This document shows, piece by piece, positions 17,437 through 27,381 of a stretch of DNA of 64,000 bases. The translations under genes and the position numbers were made by a program. The stretch lies in NCBI GenBank assembly GCA_043812155.1, contig JBDRMK010000017.1, positions 77,824 to 141,823 of the forward strand, given 5' to 3'. The number at the start of each line of letters is the position of its first letter. Positions within the stretch are counted from its first letter, which is position 1. This DNA comes from Patescibacteria group bacterium. GTDB taxonomy: Bacteria > Patescibacteriota > Patescibacteriia > JAXHNJ01. The notes under the pieces were generated by a model, which was given only the letters and a program-made list of their open reading frames with translations, was not told the DNA's origin and did no database searches.

Positions 17437-20400
17437 TTAATGGGCGCAATTAATTTTGGCGTCGCAGGAAGTTATCCGGTAATGGTAGCGGCTGTTGGCT
17501 TTCAAATTTATCAGCTCAAGGCTGTGACTGGTGGTTAAACTCTCATCCTTGACGCAATCTCCCGGCCTGAGACATTCATCATCATCACCGTATAAATGAT
17601 CATAATCGCCTCCTATTTCTATGACGTAGTCCACCCGCGAGGTGGCCGGTTCATCCGTTTCCCAGGTAATGACCGCTTTGCGCTTGCCCGTGATTTCATC
17701 AAGACTGACGTCAACGTTGATCATCGTCAGCACGGGCGGCGCTACGTCATTTATAATAACGAAATTAACCAAATCGCTATCGGTGGAATTACCCGCGCTG
17801 TCATAGGCCGTGGCCTGCAAAGTGTGAGAACCCGGGCTCCGCGTGGTGGTATCAAATAAATAATCGTATGGAAAGCCTGTCCAAGTGACAAAAGGAGAAG
17901 CCTCGCTGTCTAAAATCAGTTCCACTCTGGTGACCCCGGCATTATCAGACGCTTCCACAGTAATATTGTAGCTCGCGGAAATTTCTTCGCCTTCGGTCGG
18001 AGTCAGGATCCTGACCACCGGCGCTTCCAGATCCGGTTCAGCTAAAGTTGTGAAAGAAATGGAAGAAGGACAGCCGGTGGAGGCAAAATTAGACTCTTCC
18101 GCCGTATCCCAAACCCCGATATTCAAATAATAGGTGGTGGAGGGCAGAAGATTTCCAATAAAGACCTCAAACGAAGTATTGATATCCGCCACGCCGATAA
18201 ATGAATGCAAAAGTGTGCAATCAGCATTCAGAAGGACGGCGATATCCGCCTGAGCGGGTTCTGAAGTATCAAAGGTCAAAATAGCGGAGTTATATGAGGG
18301 GTCAATATTGATATTGGAAATGACCGGCGGCTCTTGATCCGCTTCGCACAGGCCCGTATCTTCCGCGCACACAGGCGTGGCCGGCGGACAGGTATATTCG
18401 CATTGCCGGCAATCATTGACTAGTTGCAAGGCCGCATTGCAGTACTGTTTGGTCGTTTCATTACAGCCGCCTCTGGCCGTACCGTCGGCGCACTGTTCCG
18501 CGCAAGCATGGGTGCCGGTAGCATCGCAATAAGGTTCGGTTGACGTCGTCGAACAATCAAATGAACATTCCTGGCAATTATGGCCTACGGTCGGCGATAA
18601 TTGTCCGGGAGTGCAAAAACTGTCGCCTGATAACCGGCAGCAATACTGCGAAGCGGTATTGCATTGGCCAAAATTTGTCCCGTCCGGACAAGCCGGCAAA
18701 CATTGGCCGGTCGCGCTGCAGAAAGGAGTGGCCGCCGGACAGATATAGCCGCACTGCAAACAATTATTCACGAAGTTATTGGCGCTCTGGCAATACTGGG
18801 CGCCTGAACAGCTGCCGACTGGAGTGGTTATGTTGCAGCCTGGCTCACAAAGACCGTTAGAGGTATTACAGAAAATATTGCTGGCCGGACAGGTGTAGCC
18901 GCACTGCAAACAATTATTCACAAAGTTATTGGCGCTCTGGCAATATTGGGTACCCGAACAGCTGCCGACTGGAGTGGTTGAATTGCAGCCCGGCAAACAT
19001 TGGCCGGTCGCGCTGCAGAAAGGGGTGGCGGCCGGACAGATATAGCCGCACTGCAAACAATTGTTCACAAAATTATTGGCGCTCTGGCAATACTGAGTGC
19101 CGAAACAGCTGCCGACTGGGGTGGTTGAATTGCAGCCTTCTTCACACTGGCCGGTTGAGCTGCAGTAGGGAGTGGCAACCGGACAGGTGTAGCCGCATTT
19201 TGTTTGATTTAAAGAACAATTATTGGAAAGCTGTAAACTAATAGGATCGCAGTATAGCAAACCGGCATTACAACTATCTGGACTGGTGCCATCTAAACAT
19301 TTTTCCTCGCAGGCCTGAAGAGTAGTATTGCAGTATGGAGTGGCGGCTGGACAGGTATAGCCGCAGTGCACGCAATTCTTTGTTCCGTCCAAAGGCATTA
19401 AGGTCGTGCCCTGGCAATACTGCTGGCTTAAATTGCAAGAGCCGTCATCCGTGCCATCCGGACAGGCAGCCAGGGTGGTAAAATTTTTATCAGTTGAACA
19501 AATCTCTTGCGCTAAATTATTTTGAGAACAAACAATATAATAATACGAAGTTAATGGCAATAAATTATCAAGAATTAAAGCATGGTCAGTCGTCTGCGTA
19601 AAATCACTTTTATATGAATCGTAGGAAATACCATAATAAACTAAGGTGCCGGCATCGCCGACCGCCCAGAAAGCATTTGCTCCGGCTAAATATACGGCAT
19701 GCAAGGTTCGATTATTGCCACTAATCGAGGTATAATTTTGCCAGTTGGTACCAGCGTTATTGGTGCAGAAAAAACCGCCTGAACCCCCGACCACACAAGC
19801 ATTGTTTATTGAAAGAGCATAAATATTATTAAAAGATAAGCCAGAACCCGTTGTTTGAGAAATCCAAGTGCTGCCACCATTACTAGTCCGGAGAATTAAA
19901 TCGTAAATGCCGGCAATCCAGGCATTATTCGAATCTATCACTGCGATTTTACGAAGAGCATTGGTCGTACCGCTCGTCTGCCTATTCCAAGTGGCACCGC
20001 CGTTAGTCGTCTTAATTATTGTGCCGCTAGTCCCAACCGCCCAACCGTTATTCGCGTCATATACCTCAACTCCAATCAGCATGTTCGAAACTCCGCTAGT
20101 CTCTTTAACCCAGGTTAAACCGCCATCAACTGTATGCAAAACCGTTCCTAAATCACCGACCGCCCAAGCTTGCTGTCCGTCAATAGCGGCAATACTGAGA
20201 AGAGCCACGTTTACACCACTCACCTGCTTACTCCAGGTGGCACCGCCGTTAGTTGTTTTAATAATTGTGCCATTGGCTCCAACCGCCCAAGCAGTGTTTG
20301 CGTCAATAGCTTCCACGTCTAGCAAATTTACCGTAACGCCGCTTGTCTGCGCGGTCCAGAAATTAGAAAAATTAAGATTAGTGTGTAAAATAATTCCAGA

Positions 20401-20700
20401 CTGACCAACTATCCAACCGCTTTTACCGATCATATCCAAGCCAATCAACATATTAGTGCCAGCCACATTTTCTACTGACCAAGCCGGCCCAGCCGAAACA
20501 ACGTAATAAGCCTGGGAATCCCCGTTTTCATCGGTCGGCCAGGAAATTGTGGCGGTGGTCGCTTTTAGATTGCTTACGGCCGGATCACTGGTAATACTGA
20601 TCGCGTTCGCTTGCCGTCCAAGAAAGAAACCAAAGGCGAATATAATTATCAAAGAAACGACTTTTTTTATGGAAAAAATATTTTTAAGCGAGTAGTTCAT
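17437..20700 (-). CDS. Secreted 1087-aa protein with a BNR/Ycf48-like beta-propeller, five tandem Cys-rich ~48-aa repeats and C-terminal Ig-like domains.
   Basis: Signal peptide. Repeated TTNGGATW / TVDGGLTW Asp-box-like motifs. Repeats CLQCGYxCPAATPFCSATGQCLPGCNSTTPVGSCSGTQYCQSANNFVNN. The stop of the upstream gene abuts this start codon. Confidence 0.7.
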   Translation of the reverse strand: MNYSLKNIFSIKKVVSLIIIFAFGFFLGRQANAISITSDPAVSNLKATTATISWPTDENGDSQAYYVVSAGPAWSVENVAGTNMLIGLDMIGKSGWIVGQSGIILHTNLNFSNFWTAQTSGVTVNLLDVEAIDANTAWAVGANGTIIKTTNGGATWSKQVSGVNVALLSIAAIDGQQAWAVGDLGTVLHTVDGGLTWVKETSGVSNMLIGVEVYDANNGWAVGTSGTIIKTTNGGATWNRQTSGTTNALRKIAVIDSNNAWIAGIYDLILRTSNGGSTWISQTTGSGLSFNNIYALSINNACVVGGSGGFFCTNNAGTNWQNYTSISGNNRTLHAVYLAGANAFWAVGDAGTLVYYGISYDSYKSDFTQTTDHALILDNLLPLTSYYYIVCSQNNLAQEICSTDKNFTTLAACPDGTDDGSCNLSQQYCQGTTLMPLDGTKNCVHCGYTCPAATPYCNTTLQACEEKCLDGTSPDSCNAGLLYCDPISLQLSNNCSLNQTKCGYTCPVATPYCSSTGQCEEGCNSTTPVGSCFGTQYCQSANNFVNNCLQCGYICPAATPFCSATGQCLPGCNSTTPVGSCSGTQYCQSANNFVNNCLQCGYTCPASNIFCNTSNGLCEPGCNITTPVGSCSGAQYCQSANNFVNNCLQCGYICPAATPFCSATGQCLPACPDGTNFGQCNTASQYCCRLSGDSFCTPGQLSPTVGHNCQECSFDCSTTSTEPYCDATGTHACAEQCADGTARGGCNETTKQYCNAALQLVNDCRQCEYTCPPATPVCAEDTGLCEADQEPPVISNINIDPSYNSAILTFDTSEPAQADIAVLLNADCTLLHSFIGVADINTSFEVFIGNLLPSTTYYLNIGVWDTAEESNFASTGCPSSISFTTLAEPDLEAPVVRILTPTEGEEISASYNITVEASDNAGVTRVELILDSEASPFVTWTGFPYDYLFDTTTRSPGSHTLQATAYDSAGNSTDSDLVNFVIINDVAPPVLTMINVDVSLDEITGKRKAVITWETDEPATSRVDYVIEIGGDYDHLYGDDDECLRPGDCVKDESLTTSHSLELINLKANSRYHYRITSCDAKINCAH
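18700..19250. repeat. About 3.3 near-identical tandem copies of a 144-147-bp coding repeat inside the 1087-aa gene.
   Basis: Unit ccggacag(a/g)t(a/g)tagccgcactgcaaacaatt...ctgccgactgg(a/g)gtggtt recurs starting near 18737, 18880 and 19027. Confidence 0.7.
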
Positions 20701-23700
20701 TTATTTTCCTCTCATATTCAAGACCGGATTAGAGGTGTCGTTAAAAGGCATGCATCCTTCGGCCTGATTAACCTGGTTGGCGCATTCTTCTTTATTTTCT
20801 TCCGCCATATCTTTTATATAATAATATGAGCGGCAACCCGGCAATCCAGTGGCGGAACAATTACCGCCAGGGCAATCAAGGTCGTTATTGCACATTTGCC
20901 CGTTTCGGTCCCCTCCTTGGCAAACAGTCGGTTGACAACTTTCGTCCACGGGCACGGTGACTCCGTTCTCTTCTACTAGAGCACAACCCGTGCGGCAAGA
21001 AGCGGGGTCAGAAGGATCACGGTATTCATTGCAGCCGCTTTGTTCTTCCGGGCACAACCCTGCCCAGTAGTCGCAAGCGGTCGTGCCGGTGCATTGGGCA
21101 TTGCTGGTGCAGGCAGCGCCCACATTCATTACGCCGCCCCCGCAAAGCGGAGCGACGCAGACACCGCCCGGACAACCGGCATTATCGCTACAAGTTGTGC
21201 CATCGCGCTCTCCGCCTAAACAATAGCGACAATCCGAATTATCAACGCAAGCCACATCGGCGAAAGCCCCGGAGGCGCAGACTTTCACGCAGGCCCGGCC
21301 GGTCGGTATTTTTTCCGGTGGCGGAGTAACATACGGGCATAAAAGATTCGTCCCTAATTTAAACCATTGGTATTCGCCTCCGCCGCTTCCCAGTTTATAC
21401 TCGCAGGTCTTGGAGCGGGGATCCTTGAACCAACTGGTTCCGCCGCCATTAGTATAAGCATATTCCGCGCAGCCATCTTCGGCGGCCAGACAAACAATAG
21501 AAACATCATTTCCCTTTTCATCAGTGTATTGATACTTTTCCGGATCATTAAGCAGGAATTTTGTCTCCCAGGAAACAGGCTCGTCAATCTGATTTAAGGC
21601 GGGAAGACCGAAACTCTGGCAGCCTTTAGCGCTGGCCGGACAAGTTTTGGCCTTGTCATAAACAACCGTTTCAAATGAATCAGCGGGAATAGTAATACCT
21701 CGAACGACCGTGGCAAAAGGATTATGATAATTTTGGGTATTGATCATGGCGGCGCAGCCGATGAATTGAATAGGGCAGAGATGATCGAAAGATTTAATAT
21801 AATGAATGGCGTTTTTAGTATCCTTATAAGCCTGGCAGTTAAGATCACCCGCACCGCAGCTGGTAAAGGTATTTTTGATGATATAAGAGACATCCGCCAC
21901 TTCCTCCAATAAAACATTATCAATATAGAAGGGTCCGTTAAGCTCAAGGGCGATCTGGTCAAAATCCATCATGTCCCGGTCAAAAACCAGCGGCCCCAGA
22001 ACATATTGGTTCCAATCCTGGGTGACACTGACCGGTCCGCTGATGAAGGAAATTATATTATCAGGCACGCCGTTATTATTTTGGATGACCGCGTTATTAA
22101 TCGTCGTGGTGCCGGCCCCGTCCGGTTTCAGCCAGAAAGAAAGCTGGTAATATTGGCCGCTTACGAGTTTTTTCTCTTTCAAGACAGCAGGATCAACCAC
22201 GCTGGTGGCCGTGCTATTACCTGCTACATGCAAAGAATGCTCGGTCGCCCGCAAAGATTCATTGCTGATGCTTCCCGCCTGCCATTCAGTCGCGCCTAAA
22301 GTCGTATCTTCAAAAGTGGCCTGGAAGACTTTGCGGCTGACACTGCCGGTATTGCCTTTATACTCGCGGCAGCCGGCGGCTTTGGCCGGGCAGCTGATGC
22401 TTTCCGATGGGATCAAATAAAATATCTTTGTCTTACCGGCGATAGAATCAATGGTATTGCGGTGCGGATAACATTCAGCCGAAGCTTTTATCACCCGCGA
22501 GCGCAATATATAGTAAACATTGCCCGCGGTATCATAATATTCCGTGCAATCGGGATTAATCTCCATCTCGGCCGCCGTGCAAGCAGCCACCTCTTTTATA
22601 TCAGAACAGGTTGAGCCGGGGCACTGACCATCATTGATACAGACATCGCCAATATTGTCCCCGCCGGCGCAAACGGTCAAATTATCGATGCACACCGGAT
22701 CAGCGCCCACATTCGGCACGGATAAATTAGTGCAGGGAGCATTGGAGGTATTGCTCTTTTTAAGACGATAAGCGGTCAATTGGTAGCCGCGCGTGTCGCT
22801 GCCTTCCCAAGTATAGAAAGTATTGATTTCTGCCGCCTCGGGCTTGACGCACTGGCGGATTTTCGTGTAATAAGCCTTGCCTTCTCCGCCTTTGGCGACA
22901 ATATCCAAATTCGTGTATTCTTCGCAGCCCACGGAAGCGACTTCACAACGCTGGCCGCTGCCGCCAATAAAGTAAACCGGGTCGCGCTCCGGCCGTTCCG
23001 GAATGCTTAAGATCGGCTCTTCCCGGAAAGGCTGGCAACCGACCTTATCCGCCGAACATAAATTGCTGGGGTAAACAACGCCCGGAATAGCCGCTCCCTT
23101 GCCTTTAACCGGCGTGTATTTTTCGCAGCCGACGTCTTTTTCTTCACAGGCGATGCGATTGCTGTTCAAATAAATCTGATTGGTCTTGCCATAGTCTTTA
23201 TAAGCGGAAAGGGTATTTTCCTCCAACTGCATGGCATCAACATAAACATCAACCGCCACTCCGGCGACGGGATCGCTGGCTCTGACGATCAAAATCAGAC
23301 TGTTGGGGGAAACAGGATTTCCGCCTCCGTCTAAAGTAATGTGGTCAACCGTAAAAGTCGTGCTGAATCTTTGCCATTCAGTGGTCAGCGAGATAGGCAT
23401 AGAAACCAGGTAATCTGGGAAAAAACCAACTCCCCCATTTTTCACCACCAGGCGGCTAGTCGTCGTCGCCGCCGTCGCCTTGGCATAAATAGAATAAGTG
23501 AAAGTCCGGTTCAAAACCGGGTAGCCGGTGTCAATTTGATCCGTCGCTAAATATTGGCCGGAATCGCCCGGGCCGCAAGAAGGCAATTCTCTTAATTTCA
23601 AAGCGATCGAACCGGTGTAAGCGTCGGAAACCGCTTCGGCGGTCGCCCCGCAAGTGTTTTCCACAATAATGTCGGTAAAATTATTGCTGACATTATTATC

Positions 23701-26454
23701 AACTTCACCGGTGTAATATTCAAAACTGGAATTCGGGACTAAATTGGTATGGTTGCCCGTCGGGATAAACTCCTGGCAGCCCACGTTGTTTTCCGCGCAT
23801 TCTTTTACATCGCGATCAAAGTGAATTTTATTGCCCGTTGTCTTGGTGCAGGTCCACTGGTTTGTCGTTGTATCAAAATCCGGTTCCTGGCAATACCACT
23901 GACAGCCGGCGTTAGCCGCCGTGCAGCCGTTGATATCCAAGGTTTTTTTAAGATAAGAAACAACCGAGCCATCCGACGCCTTATAACTCTGGCAGGAAGC
24001 GTACTGCCGGTCGCAAGCGTCGCCGTTAAATTTCCAGACGGGTCTTTCTTCAAAACAATAGCCGTATTTAAGGCATTTGCCCTGGCTGTCCTGCTGCAGA
24101 CAAGATTGCTCATTGACGCAAACGTCGCTGTTACGGCTTATCTCCCAGTGGCCGATATCCGGGGTAATATTAGTCGTCGGATCATATTTACAATCCGTTT
24201 TATTATCTCCATTAGTATCTTCATCGCAAATATATTGTTTTAGCTGGATCTCCTCGCCTACGCCTCTTTTTTGGCAATATGTTTCCGGCAATTTTAACAC
24301 CCAGTTAGGATCGATCAAACCGCAGAAAGGCGAGGCATTGGCTTCGGCCTGACAATAAGGTTCCGCCTCACCGACACAGTGCCCGACGATCTGATCGGGC
24401 GTTTCCCGGCAGACAAAACCTTCAGGGCAGACCGGCGTAGTTAAATCACACGCGTCATAACAAGCCTTGCGTCCGCCGTCCGCCTGGATCGTGCAAATTT
24501 GACCGGCGTCGCAATCACTATTATCATCGCAAGAGGGGTACAAAGTAGTATCATAACAATCGCTGTCTCCGCCGCAGGAAATAGATTTATCATTACTGCA
24601 ATATTTTTTGCCGCCGCTTTCGCAGCGTTCCGCTTCCTCAATTAATTTTTGCAGGGTAATATTTTGGGGATGATCCTTAATCCATTTGGCGGCCAGCTCC
24701 CAGCCCACGGGCACGACGCGGTATGTGCGTAAATAGACAATCGAGCGGTAAGAGATGCCTGAATTTAGGCTTGGCTCCCGGCCTTCGGCGTCAAAGCCGA
24801 AAGTCCCGCCGATCAAACCCTTTTCAATCGCTTGTTTTACCGACAGCTCCTGATCAATCGCCGTCTGAAAACCCGAATCAATAATCCCCCTGGCGGTTAA
24901 ATCACCCGCGGAAACCGGGTCCTGGCCGGGACTGCCCAAGGTAAAATTAAGTTTGGAAATCGAGGCGAACTGAAGCTTGGCCGCGGCCACGCCTGACGGC
25001 TGAACACTGCCAAAAACCAGCTGGCTTAATTTTGAGCCCCCCGAAGGGCCTTTGCAGCCGGCCGCCGAAGGATTAAGGGCGCACTTGCCGCCGAAAAATC
25101 TCTGGGTCAACCGGTCAATTAAAGTATTGGTAAATATCGTGATAAGATCCGCTTTAAGCGAACCGGTCCGCACTTCTTCCGGTCTCGTGGCCGCGCTTTG
25201 CGTATCCTCTAAGCGGTTTTGCACTGATTCTCTAGGGGCAATAATAGAAACCCCCAATTTATCGGTCAGGGAACTGACCGAATCTGACGACGCAATTACC
25301 TGCGCCGCGGAATAATCTTTCTGCGTTTTTATTTCTTCCAGATTCAAAACTTTCAGAACCTTGCCGATATCATTCTGCTCCGATTCCAGGTAAAGATTGA
25401 TCGTGCCGCCCACTAATTTTTGGTTGGCAAGAACGCCATTTTTCGCGTCCGTAACTTTGGCGAAATTTTTAAAAATTTCATTCGCGGTGCACCGGGAGGT
25501 TCTTATTCCGCCTTTGCAGTTTTTTAAGCAGATCTGCAGTTCGCTTTGCAAACCTTTCATTTCGTTGATATAAAAACGCTGGACAGTGGCAATACAAAGT
25601 TGAAGATTTTCCCGGGTCAAAGGTATCTTTGTCCATTTATCCCTTTCTTCATCGGTATAATATCCTGTTGGCTGACAGTAAACACCGGGCGGAGTAGAAA
25701 GACCAGGACCTTGTTCGCAAGCAATCGGGCAGGGAAAATATCCATCACTATGCCTATCAATATTATCGAGAACTCTAAGCGAACCCTCATTATCATTATC
25801 AAGTGCGGTTAAATAAGGAATACTGCTGTAGGGGATAATCATGCTTGCCTTTCCAGTTTTCGGATCAATCGCCATTAAATTATACCGCAGGTCGTCTACC
25901 GCGGGCTTATTTACAATTTCGCATTTCCGGTTGCAATAGTCCAATGGATTGTCACTTATCAAATCGCCGATAACCATAGTTAAGGCCATTTGCGTGGGCA
26001 ATTGCCCGGCGCAAACATCAATGCCAAAAACCTCTTCTCCCATGGAATAAAGGAAATCGCCGGCTGAGGCCTGGCTCAATTTCGTCCAATAATGGGGGTC
26101 AGTCATAAAAAGCGGCTTCTGGCCGGTGCCGGCCGAAGCGATCCAGACCGCCGTATCCTGAACCACCCGGCCCAAAAAAGTGCGGAGGGAATTTTTAAAA
26201 GCGACATCAGTCGCCACTGTAAAAGCTTCTTTAGCTTTTTCTTTAACTTTATCAAAAGCTTTCTGGGCTTGAGCCCAGGCTTTTTGCCAGAAACCTTGGC
26301 CTTCAAGAACAGGGGCGGAAACCACGCCGCCAACCGCGTTCGCCGGCCTAGGTTCAAAAGCCAATAAAAAAAGAAAAACAAACGAAATAAAAAACAGGAG
26401 CAAAAAACTACTGGCTAATATTTTTTTATTTATACTCTTTTTTTCGACGGGCAT
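20701..26454 (-). CDS. Giant 1917-aa cysteine-rich surface/secreted protein with two CBM4/9-like beta-sandwich domains and an N-terminal membrane anchor.
   Basis: N-terminal TM (LLLFFISFVFLFLLAF). Dense Cys content. Two segments resemble carbohydrate-binding-module folds (around TEWQRFSTTFTV and NGPFYIDNVLLEE). Confidence 0.7.
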   Translation of the reverse strand: MPVEKKSINKKILASSFLLLFFISFVFLFLLAFEPRPANAVGGVVSAPVLEGQGFWQKAWAQAQKAFDKVKEKAKEAFTVATDVAFKNSLRTFLGRVVQDTAVWIASAGTGQKPLFMTDPHYWTKLSQASAGDFLYSMGEEVFGIDVCAGQLPTQMALTMVIGDLISDNPLDYCNRKCEIVNKPAVDDLRYNLMAIDPKTGKASMIIPYSSIPYLTALDNDNEGSLRVLDNIDRHSDGYFPCPIACEQGPGLSTPPGVYCQPTGYYTDEERDKWTKIPLTRENLQLCIATVQRFYINEMKGLQSELQICLKNCKGGIRTSRCTANEIFKNFAKVTDAKNGVLANQKLVGGTINLYLESEQNDIGKVLKVLNLEEIKTQKDYSAAQVIASSDSVSSLTDKLGVSIIAPRESVQNRLEDTQSAATRPEEVRTGSLKADLITIFTNTLIDRLTQRFFGGKCALNPSAAGCKGPSGGSKLSQLVFGSVQPSGVAAAKLQFASISKLNFTLGSPGQDPVSAGDLTARGIIDSGFQTAIDQELSVKQAIEKGLIGGTFGFDAEGREPSLNSGISYRSIVYLRTYRVVPVGWELAAKWIKDHPQNITLQKLIEEAERCESGGKKYCSNDKSISCGGDSDCYDTTLYPSCDDNSDCDAGQICTIQADGGRKACYDACDLTTPVCPEGFVCRETPDQIVGHCVGEAEPYCQAEANASPFCGLIDPNWVLKLPETYCQKRGVGEEIQLKQYICDEDTNGDNKTDCKYDPTTNITPDIGHWEISRNSDVCVNEQSCLQQDSQGKCLKYGYCFEERPVWKFNGDACDRQYASCQSYKASDGSVVSYLKKTLDINGCTAANAGCQWYCQEPDFDTTTNQWTCTKTTGNKIHFDRDVKECAENNVGCQEFIPTGNHTNLVPNSSFEYYTGEVDNNVSNNFTDIIVENTCGATAEAVSDAYTGSIALKLRELPSCGPGDSGQYLATDQIDTGYPVLNRTFTYSIYAKATAATTTSRLVVKNGGVGFFPDYLVSMPISLTTEWQRFSTTFTVDHITLDGGGNPVSPNSLILIVRASDPVAGVAVDVYVDAMQLEENTLSAYKDYGKTNQIYLNSNRIACEEKDVGCEKYTPVKGKGAAIPGVVYPSNLCSADKVGCQPFREEPILSIPERPERDPVYFIGGSGQRCEVASVGCEEYTNLDIVAKGGEGKAYYTKIRQCVKPEAAEINTFYTWEGSDTRGYQLTAYRLKKSNTSNAPCTNLSVPNVGADPVCIDNLTVCAGGDNIGDVCINDGQCPGSTCSDIKEVAACTAAEMEINPDCTEYYDTAGNVYYILRSRVIKASAECYPHRNTIDSIAGKTKIFYLIPSESISCPAKAAGCREYKGNTGSVSRKVFQATFEDTTLGATEWQAGSISNESLRATEHSLHVAGNSTATSVVDPAVLKEKKLVSGQYYQLSFWLKPDGAGTTTINNAVIQNNNGVPDNIISFISGPVSVTQDWNQYVLGPLVFDRDMMDFDQIALELNGPFYIDNVLLEEVADVSYIIKNTFTSCGAGDLNCQAYKDTKNAIHYIKSFDHLCPIQFIGCAAMINTQNYHNPFATVVRGITIPADSFETVVYDKAKTCPASAKGCQSFGLPALNQIDEPVSWETKFLLNDPEKYQYTDEKGNDVSIVCLAAEDGCAEYAYTNGGGTSWFKDPRSKTCEYKLGSGGGEYQWFKLGTNLLCPYVTPPPEKIPTGRACVKVCASGAFADVACVDNSDCRYCLGGERDGTTCSDNAGCPGGVCVAPLCGGGVMNVGAACTSNAQCTGTTACDYWAGLCPEEQSGCNEYRDPSDPASCRTGCALVEENGVTVPVDESCQPTVCQGGDRNGQMCNNDLDCPGGNCSATGLPGCRSYYYIKDMAEENKEECANQVNQAEGCMPFNDTSNPVLNMRGK

Positions 26455-26477
26455 AAAATTTTATTTTCGCCCTTATA

Positions 26478-27335
26478 TTATTGGCTGGTATTCGTATTGG
26501 CAGTGCCCTGATCTTCCAAGGCTTTTAGAAAAATTGCCTGCAAAGTTTCGTCATCCAATCCGCTTAATTCCGACTCCGCCACGCCGCTTTCGATTAAAAG
26601 CTGCCTGATCTCGGCGGGCGTTAAAGTCCTTAAAATACTGGTCGCCTCTTCATCAGAAATATTGGCATTCGGAGAAATATTGATATCGGCCGCGGGACTT
26701 ATATTGCTATTGGCGTTTGTCTGCGTATCCTGGACGGTCTGGTTATATACTTCCATTAATTCTTCATCGCTCATGCCGTCCAAGACATTCTGGGGCACGC
26801 CCGCGTTTTTCAAGGTTTCCCGCAAAGTGTCAGCGGTCGCGTTGCCGGAAAGGAGGGTGGAATTTGTCGCCGAAACGCTGGAATTGTCCGTAGTACTAGC
26901 ATTGGCGAGGCTCGTATTGGTATCCGCGCCATAGCTCACGCAGGCCTGGCCTTCCGGACAATTGGGATCAGTGCCGCTGTCAATTTCCTGCTTGTCGGTG
27001 AGACCGTCAGAGTCAGAATCGGCTAAATAAGGGCTGGTGCGATGAAAATAAAGTTCATCATAATCGGAAAGCCCGTCCGTGTCCGTGTCTTTGTTTTTTA
27101 AAGCGTCAATCTGGTCAATCTGCACCTGAGTAAGAAAAGAAGAAGTGTTGCTTGGCACCGCTTCCGGCATAAAAGGACTTTTTACGTATTGGGAAAGCCT
27201 TAGGAAACCAAAAAATAAAGCGACGATCCCGATCAAACCGACAAAAGCGTAGATCTTTCTTTCATTCTTTATTTCGGGAGGTGAATTTTTTTTATCTTGA
27301 AAATTCTCGGAATTTCCAGGTTCAAATTCAGACAT
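26478..27335 (-). CDS. Membrane-anchored protein with thrombospondin-type-3-like calcium-binding Asp repeats.
   Basis: Single TM (FVGLIGIVALFFGFL). DTDTDGLSDYDE and DSDSDGLTDKQEIDSGTDPNCPEGQAC motifs. Asn/Thr/Ser-rich tail. Confidence 0.55.
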   Translation of the reverse strand: MSEFEPGNSENFQDKKNSPPEIKNERKIYAFVGLIGIVALFFGFLRLSQYVKSPFMPEAVPSNTSSFLTQVQIDQIDALKNKDTDTDGLSDYDELYFHRTSPYLADSDSDGLTDKQEIDSGTDPNCPEGQACVSYGADTNTSLANASTTDNSSVSATNSTLLSGNATADTLRETLKNAGVPQNVLDGMSDEELMEVYNQTVQDTQTNANSNISPAADINISPNANISDEEATSILRTLTPAEIRQLLIESGVAESELSGLDDETLQAIFLKALEDQGTANTNTSQ

Positions 27336-27381
27336 TTTTAAAGGTAAATTGATCCATTTTTACTTATCCATTATATCATAT

